64,000 bases of DNA from an uncultured Gammaproteobacteria bacterium (GTDB taxonomy: Bacteria > Patescibacteriota > Microgenomatia > UBA8517), in assembly GCA_964494885.1 (NCBI GenBank), contig CAZBTH010000002.1:29271-93270 (forward strand), read 5' to 3'. Both the position numbers and the translations under genes were made by a program. The notes under the pieces were generated by a model. It did no database searches. It worked only from the letters and a program-made list of their open reading frames with translations, and was not told where the DNA came from. Of the stretch, positions 42,019-51,360 are shown one piece after another (position 1 is the first letter of the stretch; every line of letters starts with the position of its first letter).

Positions 42019-42927
42019 ATGAACTCTGCCCGAAAACGCGCTTATATTGAGCTCCTAATTGTGACCATTATCTGGGGTGCGGCAACCCCGATCATTAAAT
42101 ATACGCTGGAGGGTTTTAATACTCTTACATTTCTTACATACCGCTTCGGACTCTCTACAATCCTTGCCGTCCTAGCATTTATAATCTTAAAACAGCACCT
42201 ACCCAAAGATAAATCTACGTTAGTTAAACTGTTGAAATTCGGCTTTTTGACATCAACAGTGTCTTTGGGCTTTTTGTTTTTTGGTTTGGAGAACACAACC
42301 GTGCTGGACGCAAGTCTAATTACCCTCGCAAACCCAATCTTAATAACTGTTGCCGGTGTTATGTTCCTTAGAGAGCGCGTGACCAAACGGGAAAAGATCG
42401 GCATGGCAATTGCCCTTGCCGGAACACTCCTGACTGTTATTGAGCCGATTTTACAAAATCACGGCGGACAAATTAGGCTTTCAGGAAACGTATTAATAGT
42501 AGGCTATTTAGTTGCCACAGCTTGGGGAGCGGTTCTGGCTAAGGAGCTTCTAAGAACAGGGGTATCTCCATTGATTATGACAAATGCATCATTCGTAATT
42601 GGCTTTATTTCACTTTTACCGCCATTTCTAATTACAAACATCCAGCCATTGACCGCCATTGTTTCTGCTCCGATATTTTATCACCTTGGAGTTTTCTTCA
42701 TGGCGTTTTTATCCGGAAATTTGGCCTACTATCTGTCGAACAAAGCCCAGAAAACTATCGAGATCGGAGAGGCATCCCTATTCTCATACCTCTACCCCGT
42801 CTTCTCTACCCCGCTTGCTATTCTCTGGCTTGGAGAATCAATTACCCCTGTTTTTATTGCCGGTGCAGTTATAATCACGCTCGGAGTCATTCTTGCCGAA
42901 ACAAAGAAGGCGAAAAAAACTGGTTAA
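42019..42927 (+). CDS. EamA/DMT family transporter
   Basis: IIWG...P.IK, RF, FL.ER, YLYPVF, LGE; ten TM segments. Confidence 0.92.
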   Translation: MNSARKRAYIELLIVTIIWGAATPIIKYTLEGFNTLTFLTYRFGLSTILAVLAFIILKQHLPKDKSTLVKLLKFGFLTSTVSLGFLFFGLENTTVLDASLITLANPILITVAGVMFLRERVTKREKIGMAIALAGTLLTVIEPILQNHGGQIRLSGNVLIVGYLVATAWGAVLAKELLRTGVSPLIMTNASFVIGFISLLPPFLITNIQPLTAIVSAPIFYHLGVFFMAFLSGNLAYYLSNKAQKTIEIGEASLFSYLYPVFSTPLAILWLGESITPVFIAGAVIITLGVILAETKKAKKTG

Positions 42928-43012
42928 CTGTTTACTGCTGAACTGATTACTGGTATAATACAAGCTCAGACGATCTCTAAGTACTCTGTACTTTGAACTC
43001 TGCACTATTTTA

Positions 43013-43324
43013 ATGAAAGTAAAAATTCACCCAACTTGGTTTAATGACGCAAAGGTAACCTGCGCTTGTGGAAACGTGTTCACAACGGGGGCAACTTTTC
43101 CCGAGCTTCGTGTCGACGTTTGCTACAATTGTCACCCCTTCTACACAGGCACAATGAAGCTTCTTGATACAGCCGGTCGGGTTGACGCTTTTAAAGCTAA
43201 AATGGCAGGTGCAGGCAAGAAAGTTATGAGCAAAACCGAGAAAAGAAGACTCAAACAAGAAAAGAGGCTCCTTGAAGAAAGTGCAAGACCAACTACTCTT
43301 AGTGAGCTTCGCTCCGAAGAGTAA
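43013..43324 (+). CDS. rpmE: 50S ribosomal protein L31
   Basis: IHP, CACG, CYNCHPFYTG, DTAGRVD.F. Confidence 0.95.
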   Translation: MKVKIHPTWFNDAKVTCACGNVFTTGATFPELRVDVCYNCHPFYTGTMKLLDTAGRVDAFKAKMAGAGKKVMSKTEKRRLKQEKRLLEESARPTTLSELRSEE

Positions 43325-43339
43325 CTTTCGAATTGCCAA

Positions 43340-44035
43340 ATGGATAATCAAAATGCATATTTAGAAATTCGTGGTGCCACAGGCGGAGATGAAGCTAAAC
43401 TTTGGGGAGCCGACCTTCTTCGTATGTATATGCGTTTTGCCCAAAAAAAAGCTTGGAAAGTGCTTCAGATTTCAGACGCGACCATAAAAATAACAGGCCA
43501 AGGCGCGTTTAACGCGCTCAAAAATGAGTCCGGTGTTCATAGAGTTCAGCGTGTTCCTGTTACCGAAAAAAGGGGCAGAATTCATACTTCCACAGCCACA
43601 GTCGTGGTACTCCCTGAAATTAAGGAAAACGACGTTCAAATTAACCCCATTGACCTTGAATGGTCTTTTACAACCGGAGGCGGGCACGGCGGCCAGAACG
43701 TAAATAAGGTTGCTACAGCTGTACGACTTGTCCATAAACCAACCGGTACCGTCGTAGAAGCCCGGGAGGAGAGGTTTCAGGAACAAAACCGCCAAATTGC
43801 ACTGTCACTCCTAAGATCCCGCCTATGGGAAAGGCAAGAAGCAGAAAAGATACGCACGGTTGCAGGCTACCGGAGCGCTATAGGTCGGGGCATGAGGAGC
43901 GAAAAGATCCGCACTTACAACTTCCCCCAGGACCGTGTTACGGATCATAGAATCGGCAAAAACTGGGGAAAACTTGACGCAATCATAGACGGCGATTTAG
44001 ACAAGATAATTGAACTGACAAAAGATGTCCAGTAA
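43340..44035 (+). CDS. prfA: Peptide chain release factor 1, N-terminally shortened (231 aa)
   Basis: LEIR..TGGDEA, ESGVHRVQRVPVTE (PxT), GGQ, RSEKIRTYNFPQDRVTDHR. Confidence 0.85.
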   Translation: MDNQNAYLEIRGATGGDEAKLWGADLLRMYMRFAQKKAWKVLQISDATIKITGQGAFNALKNESGVHRVQRVPVTEKRGRIHTSTATVVVLPEIKENDVQINPIDLEWSFTTGGGHGGQNVNKVATAVRLVHKPTGTVVEAREERFQEQNRQIALSLLRSRLWERQEAEKIRTVAGYRSAIGRGMRSEKIRTYNFPQDRVTDHRIGKNWGKLDAIIDGDLDKIIELTKDVQ

Positions 44036-44108
44036 GGACGCCAACTTGACACCACACGTCGCAAGCGTTTTTTTGACAAAATGATGTATGTAATGATATA
44101 ACCCATTT

Positions 44109-44795
44109 ATGGCCGAAAGAATTAGCGGAAACCCCAGAGAACTAAAGTTTGGCGGTGAAGGAAAAGCGGAAAGCATAAACCGCGGTTTTGCAATCGCGAC
44201 ACTCAGAAACCCAAGAGCTGAATACAACTTCTCAAGAGGTGAAAGAATACTTACCAACTGTTTTGACGACAACAAAAAAGTCTCTGTAGTTGTGGTAGCA
44301 AATGAAATAAAACAGCTCAATGATTTTTCCGTCCCACAACTTGCTTTAGACGGATTTTTCTCCGCACCTCACGTTGTAAACGGAATGAAAACATATCCAG
44401 GTTATGAAAAATTAAACAAAAAATCGATTGTTCAAGCCGTCACCTTTGTTAAAGAGGGCGCCTTTAACAAATTGTCCAAAGATCTACAAAAAGATATTTT
44501 AGCGCACTACGATATATTTGACGGATTAGTAAAAATGCCTGAACTTAGGCATCTATTCTTTCCCACCATGTGTTTTTGGCTTACAGAAAATGGCGGAGAT
44601 ATCAAAGACTGGGTAGATTTTCTAAAAGTAAATCACCTGATTTTAGATAAGGAAAAAAAGAATATGGAAAGTTATACCAATATGGGAAGCAATATGTTCA
44701 GGCTTTTAACAGGTCGGTCTGGAATGCTTCAAGAGATTTCACAAGACTCCAAAGATGGATTATTTAAACCATTGGTCTTAGGGATTTTTGATTAG
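44109..44795 (+). CDS. Hypothetical protein
   Basis: 228-aa ORF with upstream TTGACA/TAATGATATA promoter-like elements. Confidence 0.7.
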   Translation: MAERISGNPRELKFGGEGKAESINRGFAIATLRNPRAEYNFSRGERILTNCFDDNKKVSVVVVANEIKQLNDFSVPQLALDGFFSAPHVVNGMKTYPGYEKLNKKSIVQAVTFVKEGAFNKLSKDLQKDILAHYDIFDGLVKMPELRHLFFPTMCFWLTENGGDIKDWVDFLKVNHLILDKEKKNMESYTNMGSNMFRLLTGRSGMLQEISQDSKDGLFKPLVLGIFD

Positions 44796-46031
44796 TTAAT
44801 TAAAAAGTTTGATCGCTCCCTGGAGTATCACATCTTCCTTATCAGTATCTTTTGGAGTAATTACTACGTCTGGTGCTAAACCAACTTCATGGACCCAGGT
44901 TCCGTTTGGAGTTAACCACTTAGCCGTAGTCACATGCAAACCGCTTCCGTTTGTTGTATCAATTGGTTCCTGAACGGTACCTTTTCCAAAACTTTTCTCC
45001 CCCACCAGTTTAAAATAGCGGACGTCACGGAGCGCGCCGGAAAAAATTTCACTGGCAGAAGCACTCCCACCGTTAATTAAAATCACCACTTCATAATTTT
45101 GGAGTCTTCCCAACTTTTCTGATTTATATTCGATTTTTGTTCCGTCTCCCCTTTCTTCCATAACAATCGTTGTATCGGTAGGAACAAAATCACCGGCCAC
45201 TTCCACCGCAGATTGCAAATAACCACCAGGGTTGTTTCTAAGATCGACAATTATTCCCTTAACTTTACTGTTTTGTAAAATCTGGCCTGCAGCTTTGTCC
45301 CATTCAGAAGTTGTCTCCGAGTCAAACTTGCTGAGTTTAATATTCGCAATGTTTTGATCCTTACCCACAAAACTGAGGGTAACTGACGGCACATCAAGTT
45401 TTGCACGAGTTATTTCGACTACAATAGGAGTTTGATTCCCGTCACGAACCAGGGTTAAACTAACCTTTGTACCTGCCGGACCCCTTATACTCTGGACCGC
45501 CTCAGGGAGAGTAATCGAATTTGTTGCAACATCTATTTTTTTAGCCGTATCTGTGATTCGTACTATAAAATCACCAGCCTTAACTCCAGCGCGCTCAGCA
45601 GGAGAATTGGGTAGTGGACTTACCACCGCTAACTTATTTTCTTTATAACCAATTTCAATTCCAACGCCTTCAAAAGAACCGCTTAAGTCTTCGTTTACAA
45701 CCTTGTTTTCCTTTGGAGGCAAAAACATTGTATAAGGGTCCCCCACCGCCGCAACCATTCCGGCAATTGCGCCATTGACCATTTCCGAAGGAACAAGTTT
45801 GCTTTTATCATAATATTTTGCGCTTAACGTATCCCAGACTTGCCAAAAAAGAGAAAAGTCAACATTTTTATCCGGTGGAATTTGCCTGTCTATTTTTACC
45901 TGAAAGGATTTTGTTACTTCGGCGCGAAAACCCTGTACGCCTAGCTGATATCCTCCGACAAAGACAAATATCAAAAGGAGAATTCCAAGAATTGATTTTC
46001 TAACCTTTGAAAAACTAAGTTTAAAAGCCAT
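44796..46031 (-). CDS. S41 C-terminal processing peptidase with PDZ domain
   Basis: DPYT, GVGIEI, DLRNNPGG, SASASE, FGKGTVQ. Confidence 0.95.
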   Translation of the reverse strand: MAFKLSFSKVRKSILGILLLIFVFVGGYQLGVQGFRAEVTKSFQVKIDRQIPPDKNVDFSLFWQVWDTLSAKYYDKSKLVPSEMVNGAIAGMVAAVGDPYTMFLPPKENKVVNEDLSGSFEGVGIEIGYKENKLAVVSPLPNSPAERAGVKAGDFIVRITDTAKKIDVATNSITLPEAVQSIRGPAGTKVSLTLVRDGNQTPIVVEITRAKLDVPSVTLSFVGKDQNIANIKLSKFDSETTSEWDKAAGQILQNSKVKGIIVDLRNNPGGYLQSAVEVAGDFVPTDTTIVMEERGDGTKIEYKSEKLGRLQNYEVVILINGGSASASEIFSGALRDVRYFKLVGEKSFGKGTVQEPIDTTNGSGLHVTTAKWLTPNGTWVHEVGLAPDVVITPKDTDKEDVILQGAIKLFN

Positions 46032-46043
46032 ATGAAGATGATA

Positions 46044-46298
46044 TCAGATTCTGGGAGTGAACGGAAGCAACGCCAGATGTCTGGCGCGTTTAATTGCAAG
46101 GGCCACACGCCTTTGATGTTTTGCACAAAGGCCTGTTCTGTCTTTGCCTAGTACTTTAGCCCTGTCGCTAACGTACTTGTTTAGCGAGGCGACATCTTTA
46201 TAATCCGGCTCTGTACCGTTTTTGTCAAAAGGACAATTGCGTGCAACAGGCGCTTCTTTTAATATTCTTCTTTTTTTGTTGTCTTTTTTCTTACTCAT
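46044..46298 (-). CDS. rpsR: 30S ribosomal protein S18
   Basis: DYKD...L...TG.CAKHQR....AIKRAR.LALLPF. Confidence 0.96.
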   Translation of the reverse strand: MSKKKDNKKRRILKEAPVARNCPFDKNGTEPDYKDVASLNKYVSDRAKVLGKDRTGLCAKHQRRVALAIKRARHLALLPFTPRI

Positions 46299-46333
46299 GT
46301 TTTAGTCATCCTGAATTCATTTCAGGATCCTCG

Positions 46334-46834
46334 TTAAAACGGTATATCCTCCTCACCAACCTCATCCTTATTTTCCTCAACTTTCACTTCTTCGGTTTTT
46401 TTGTCTTTTTTAGCAGGCTTTTCTGCTGCCTCGACAGGCACTTCTTGTGATTCAATCTTTTGCTCAGGAACTTCAATTTCGCCGCCACCTACTTCGTCAG
46501 ATTTCTTATCCAAAATTAGCATGTCGTTTATTACAACTTCGGTCCTCTGTTTTTGAGTCCCATCGGTCCCTTGCCAAGATCTGGTTGTGAGTCTACCCTC
46601 CACGAAAACTTTTCTTCCTTTTTTGAGAAGTTGCGCGCAAATCTCAGCTAATTTATTCCAAGCAACTATATTATGAAATTCAACGTTTTCCTTTTTCTCT
46701 CCAGCGTCATTCGTCCAACTGCTGTTTGTGGCAATTCCAAAAGTACAAACCGCTGTTCCTTGCGGAGTATAACGCATTTCGGGATCTCTGGTCATATTCC
46801 CGATCAACATTACTCTATTTAATGATTTTGCCAC
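46334..46834 (-). CDS. ssb: Single-stranded DNA-binding protein
   Basis: LNRVMLIGN.TRDPE.RYT; C-terminal DIPF. Confidence 0.97.
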   Translation of the reverse strand: MAKSLNRVMLIGNMTRDPEMRYTPQGTAVCTFGIATNSSWTNDAGEKKENVEFHNIVAWNKLAEICAQLLKKGRKVFVEGRLTTRSWQGTDGTQKQRTEVVINDMLILDKKSDEVGGGEIEVPEQKIESQEVPVEAAEKPAKKDKKTEEVKVEENKDEVGEEDIPF

Positions 46835-46853
46835 TTCGTCTCGCCGTAGCTCC

Positions 46854-47153
46854 TTAAGCGGAGGCGGATCCTTCCTTTCTAATTAAAAGATATCTAATAA
46901 CGTCAACGTCAGTTCTAAGTTTATCATCAAGCGCCTTGGCACCGGCGGGATCGAGTTCTATTTCAAAAAAGAGATATAAACCGGATTCGCTTTTGCCGAT
47001 CTTGTAGGCAAGCTCTTTGACTCCCCACTCTTTAGATTCTTTGATAGCTCCTTTGAAAATCTGGAGGGTTTTTTCAAAAGCCTCTACAACCTTCTTTTTC
47101 TTGGCCGCTCCGGCCTTGCCGTCCAAAACTACCGTAAGTTCGTATTTGTTCAT
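46854..47153 (-). CDS. rpsF: 30S ribosomal protein S6
   Basis: YELT, WG.K.LAY.I; rpsF-ssb-rpsR synteny. Confidence 0.93.
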   Translation of the reverse strand: MNKYELTVVLDGKAGAAKKKKVVEAFEKTLQIFKGAIKESKEWGVKELAYKIGKSESGLYLFFEIELDPAGAKALDDKLRTDVDVIRYLLIRKEGSASA

Positions 47154-47200
47154 GCCTGAATTATAACAGTAAACAGTTCAGCAGTAAACAGTTAAACTGC

Positions 47201-48319
47201 TTAGGATCCGATTTTGAATTCCACAACATCACCGTCATGTATTACGTAGTCGCGGCCCTCGCTCGTCACCTTTCCGGCCTCGCGGGCGGCTTTCCAGCCG
47301 CCAGCTTTAACGAACTCGTCAAATCTGATTACATCTGATTTGACAAATTTTTTAATAAAATCCGTATGAATTACACCGGCGGCTTCCTGCGCACTGATAC
47401 CTACCGGTATCGTCCACGCCCTCACTTCCTTCTCCCCCGCTGTTAGAAAGGTAATAAGACCTAACGTTTTAAATGCTTTCTGAATTAAACGCTCAAGTCC
47501 CGATTTTTTAATTCCAAGATCCTCCATGTATATTTTTTGGTCTTCGTTAGAAAGTTCCGCAAGTTCGCTTTCGGTTTTGGCGCAAATTGCCACAACTTGA
47601 TCGGGGCTTAATTTAAGCTTTTCGGCAAACGAAATTTCCAAATCATGAGCGTTAACCAGATCTTTTTCATCCACATTTAAAACCACCAGTATGGATTTTG
47701 CAGTCAAAAGCCCCAGTTCCTTGGCCATTCTTTGCTCGTCTCCGGTCACTGCTATCATTCGAATGGTAGAAGAGGAATTAAGTGCCTGTTTGAATTTTTG
47801 AATTATCTTCCAACGATCTTTCAACTCCTTATCTGGAGTGTTTCCCGGATCTTTCTGTTTTTCAAGAGTTTGAAGATCTGCAAGGGCAAGTTCTGTTTCG
47901 ACAACTTCTAAATCAGTTTTAGGATCTGAAACGCCTCGTTTGACAATATCAGGGTCGCTAAACGCGCGAAGAACAAAACAAATTGCGTTGGTTTCCCTAA
48001 TGTGACTTAAAAATTTATTCCCCAACCCCTCCCCTTTTGAAGCGCCGGCAATAAGCCCTGCAATATCGACAAATTGAACGACCGCCGGAACTTCCGGCGG
48101 GAGCGAAACCCTGAGCGAAGTCGAAGGGTTCAACTCTTTTGCCACTACTTCCGCTAATTGAGGTAAACGTTCATCCGGCACAGGTACAATCCCTATATTT
48201 GGTTCAATAGTGGCAAAAGGAAAATTGGCAACATACGCTTGTTGCTTTTTAAGCAGAGCGTTAAAAAGTGTACTTTTGCCTACATTTGGAAGACCCACTA
48301 TTCCGACGCTCAATCCCAT
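47201..48319 (-). CDS. ychF: Redox-regulated ATPase YchF (first codons supplied by the integrated element)
   Basis: GIVGLPNVGKST, FPFATIEPN, DIAGL..GAS.GEGLGNKFL, AAGVIHTDF. Confidence 0.97.
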   Translation of the reverse strand: MGLSVGIVGLPNVGKSTLFNALLKKQQAYVANFPFATIEPNIGIVPVPDERLPQLAEVVAKELNPSTSLRVSLPPEVPAVVQFVDIAGLIAGASKGEGLGNKFLSHIRETNAICFVLRAFSDPDIVKRGVSDPKTDLEVVETELALADLQTLEKQKDPGNTPDKELKDRWKIIQKFKQALNSSSTIRMIAVTGDEQRMAKELGLLTAKSILVVLNVDEKDLVNAHDLEISFAEKLKLSPDQVVAICAKTESELAELSNEDQKIYMEDLGIKKSGLERLIQKAFKTLGLITFLTAGEKEVRAWTIPVGISAQEAAGVIHTDFIKKFVKSDVIRFDEFVKAGGWKAAREAGKVTSEGRDYVIHDGDVVEFKIGS

Positions 48320-49892
48320 GTTCCAAGTATTGGGTATTTATTGGTATGTTTATCCATGTATTTACCTCTCCTCCTTTCTTAATGACTATTTTACTCACTA
48401 AATCCCTTAATACCAAGTCCTTATTTGAAAAGTCCTGTGATTTTAATACCTCCTTTGCTGCTTCATAAAGTAAAGATTTTTCAGTTTCATTAATGGTAAT
48501 TTTTACGGGTTTAAATTTAAGAAGTTTTTTAAGTTTTATTTCAAAGTTTAATTTCTTTTCCTTTACCTGCTTCATTAACCCCCTAAGTTGATCAATATCT
48601 ATCAAATTTTCTGCATACATTTGGGCAAATTTATTCTCTTGATCAAACAAATTAGATATTTTTGCCTTAGTTGTAAGAATATCTTGCTCTAAAGATAGAT
48701 TGACTTGTGATCTGCTCTCGGCATAATCCGTTATCTTTTGTTTAAGAAAAACATCATCAGATATTATGTTTTTAATGTGATTCCACCAAAGCCCCTCAAT
48801 TACAAAAACATTCACCCCCTCGCAATCACATGTTCTTAATTCATTTCTTCTCACCTTATCGCTACTTCTGTAATATCTTTGCGATCCTTGCTTTCCATCA
48901 CCAACCATAGGGAAACCATGTTCACAAAAGAATTTACCTGTGAGCAAATAGTTATATTTCTTGTTCTTGTGAGCAAATTTTTTGTTGTAATTTAATAATT
49001 CCAAGGACTTATTAAAAAGGAACTTATCATCAATAAGAACTGGAACATCAAACGGAATCCACTCTTCTTTTGGTCTTACCCTTCTGCTATTTTTCTTTAC
49101 TCTGATATATTTTTCATTTTTAATTCGTTTTTTACTTACAACTGATTCTGATTTATTGTAATAAGCAACGCCAGTAAAATATGTTTCGCAACACAAGATT
49201 CTACCTACTGGTCCTTTTGTCCAATATTTACTTTTACCCTTTTTTGTAGGAATACATTGGTCGGACAATTTTTTTATGATTTCATGAATACTCATCTTTT
49301 CAACAACAAACCAGTGAAAAATATTTTTAACAACATTACTTTCAAATTCATCTATTTCCCAATGTGTTGGAGTAGTTTCCGTTTTTTTAATGTATTTATA
49401 TCCATACAAAGCTGAACCATTGATTACTATTCCATTCTTTGCCTTATATAACTTCCCCCTTCTCATCCTCTCAATAATTTTTACTCTTTCATATTCATGA
49501 AAAACTCCCTGCATTGCTTGTAATACCTTTTCCTCAGGGGTATCAGCCTTGGTATCGTGCAACGATATAAATGAAACGTCATGGTCTTTCAATTCCTCAA
49601 TGATTACTTCCTGATGCGCAAACCTTCGGGACAATCTGCCACGATCATATACATACAAAGAGGTAAATTTCCCAACTACAGCAGCATCCCTCATCCTGTC
49701 TAAATCGGGTCGTGCTATTAGTTCCCCAGTCCAGCCATCATCAATAAATATATTTTCATCAGGAAGAATATTAGCGTCTTGAGCAATTTTTAACTTTAAT
49801 TCATCTATTTGAGATTCAATTGTAGCTTCTTGTTCTTGCCTTCCAGTAGAAACTCTTGCATACAAGGCAACTATCTTTCTGTCATTGTTCAT
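48261..49892 (-). CDS. Large serine recombinase (integrase)
   Basis: YARVST catalytic Ser, RPDL, DR.RLSR, recombinase domain, CEHG/CDC zinc ribbon, coiled coil. Confidence 0.95.
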   Translation of the reverse strand: MNNDRKIVALYARVSTGRQEQEATIESQIDELKLKIAQDANILPDENIFIDDGWTGELIARPDLDRMRDAAVVGKFTSLYVYDRGRLSRRFAHQEVIIEELKDHDVSFISLHDTKADTPEEKVLQAMQGVFHEYERVKIIERMRRGKLYKAKNGIVINGSALYGYKYIKKTETTPTHWEIDEFESNVVKNIFHWFVVEKMSIHEIIKKLSDQCIPTKKGKSKYWTKGPVGRILCCETYFTGVAYYNKSESVVSKKRIKNEKYIRVKKNSRRVRPKEEWIPFDVPVLIDDKFLFNKSLELLNYNKKFAHKNKKYNYLLTGKFFCEHGFPMVGDGKQGSQRYYRSSDKVRRNELRTCDCEGVNVFVIEGLWWNHIKNIISDDVFLKQKITDYAESRSQVNLSLEQDILTTKAKISNLFDQENKFAQMYAENLIDIDQLRGLMKQVKEKKLNFEIKLKKLLKFKPVKITINETEKSLLYEAAKEVLKSQDFSNKDLVLRDLVSKIVIKKGGEVNTWINIPINTQYLEHGIERRNSGSSKCRQKYTF

Positions 49893-49893
49893 T

Positions 49894-50055
49894 TTATTTT
49901 ATAATTAACATCTTCTTCAGTTCGTTTTCGTTTATCCTCCACATTTTCCCAAATTTTACTGCAGGAATTTGTTTTCTTCTTGCCATACGATACACAGTTT
50001 GTTTATTAACCTTTAGTTTTCGTGCAACCTCATCAAGAGTAAGATATTGATCCAT
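49894..50055 (-). CDS. Excisionase-like HTH_17 DNA-binding protein (53 aa; not in ORF track)
   Basis: MDQYLTLDEVARKLKVNKQTVYRMARRKQIPAVKFGKMWRI. Confidence 0.85.
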   Translation of the reverse strand: MDQYLTLDEVARKLKVNKQTVYRMARRKQIPAVKFGKMWRINENELKKMLIIK

Positions 50056-50065
50056 ATATACTTAT

Positions 50066-50230
50066 TTATACTTTAGTGTATTTTAGCGACATGTTAGAGT
50101 CAATGGTCTTTTCCCTTATTTTTGCCAGCAATTTGTCAAACATATCAAAATAAAATCTGTTAATTATTTGAGCATCCTCTTCATTCCCCTGAGGAAAAAA
50201 ATAAAATTTAAGCTTTCTAACCTTGTTCAT
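50066..50230 (-). CDS. Small hypothetical protein (54 aa; not in ORF track)
   Basis: MNKVRKLKFYFFPQ... ORF fills the gap in the element's minus-strand operon. Confidence 0.45.
   Translation of the reverse strand: MNKVRKLKFYFFPQGNEEDAQIINRFYFDMFDKLLAKIREKTIDSNMSLKYTKV
50075..50103 (-). promoter_or_regulatory. Promoter for xis-int (and possibly ychF)
   Basis: TTGACT-17nt-TACACT. Confidence 0.6.
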
Positions 50231-50234
50231 ATAT

Positions 50235-50630
50235 TTAAAAATCATTAATCACATTTTTAGAGGGACATGAAACTTCATAGCATTTTGATATTTGAGGATC
50301 TGGAAAGTTAGGTTTAGCAATCCAATCTTTTTTGTGCAGAAGATCTTCCTTAGCTTCCAGTGCTAATTCTTTAACTTTATTAAGATTACCCCCTTTTAAT
50401 GCCTCTCTTTGCTCGTAAAATCGCTTACAAGCCCTTGATAAAGAAACCTTATGGCAATAGTCATTCCAAACACTAATTCTTCTTTGATTCTCTATAGAAG
50501 AAATTTGTATTTTGCCACATTCGCACTTCATCTCCGAGTTATCATAAGACATCAACCACTTGTGGTTGTGTTTAGGAATGTTTGGGTGTGTAAATCTAAC
50601 GCTCATGAATATTTGCCTTTCCAATTTCAT
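50235..50630 (-). CDS. Hypothetical protein, possibly Zn-binding
   Basis: HNHKW...CECG. Confidence 0.65.
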   Translation of the reverse strand: MKLERQIFMSVRFTHPNIPKHNHKWLMSYDNSEMKCECGKIQISSIENQRRISVWNDYCHKVSLSRACKRFYEQREALKGGNLNKVKELALEAKEDLLHKKDWIAKPNFPDPQISKCYEVSCPSKNVINDF

Positions 50631-51360
50631 TAGCTACGTTCATCAAATCAAAACCCTTTTCAACCCAAAAACGATCTTTTTCCATCCAATCAATTTGTCT
50701 ATTTACTGCATCAAATAAATATCCAGCAGCTAAGAGTTTATGAAGAGCGTTAATTTGCTTACCAAAATTAGGAAATTTTACCCCCCTACTTTCGGCAAAA
50801 CTATTAACAAATTCTATACACCCACCATGTCCTTCATTTACATTGGGGCACTTGTGTTTCTTATTAGAATTATTTTCTTCACGATCACTTTTAAGTGAAG
50901 AGTGAATCAAACCATTGTTTTCATTATTATATTTATTGTTAGTGGTTGGTGGTTGGTTATCGGTAGGTTGTTTTGGTGGTTTAAGAGTCGGTTCCTCTGT
51001 TGAATAATTATTGAAGAAAATTCCGTCAGCAAGGTATTTTCCGATGGTGTATTGGGTGGTTGATCCAACGGTTGTTATTAAATTAAGACGCTCTAATTTT
51101 TTGTATAAACTTCTATATTCTTGTTCTGATATACCAACTCTTTCTGAGGTATTTTTTCTACCTGTTACGAACTCCCTAACTTTTAGGCTAATCAACTTGC
51201 CGTTATACTCAATATCTGCATCATCTCTTCTTGACCTTTCGGCAAATTCATAAAGCAACCTAAAAGCTTTAGGATTCGTTCTTATCCAATCTGGCATGTT
51301 TTTGGTTCTCGCGCCCTGTATCCAACTGTCGGGTCTGATACCTAATTCTGCTTTTTTCAT
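50596..51360 (-). CDS. Phage-type replication initiator-like protein
   Basis: FVTGRK.TSE..GISEQ.YR...K.L...NLI winged HTH followed by a P/T/N-rich repetitive linker. Confidence 0.7.
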   Translation of the reverse strand: MKKAELGIRPDSWIQGARTKNMPDWIRTNPKAFRLLYEFAERSRRDDADIEYNGKLISLKVREFVTGRKNTSERVGISEQEYRSLYKKLERLNLITTVGSTTQYTIGKYLADGIFFNNYSTEEPTLKPPKQPTDNQPPTTNNKYNNENNGLIHSSLKSDREENNSNKKHKCPNVNEGHGGCIEFVNSFAESRGVKFPNFGKQINALHKLLAAGYLFDAVNRQIDWMEKDRFWVEKGFDLMNVANEIGKANIHER

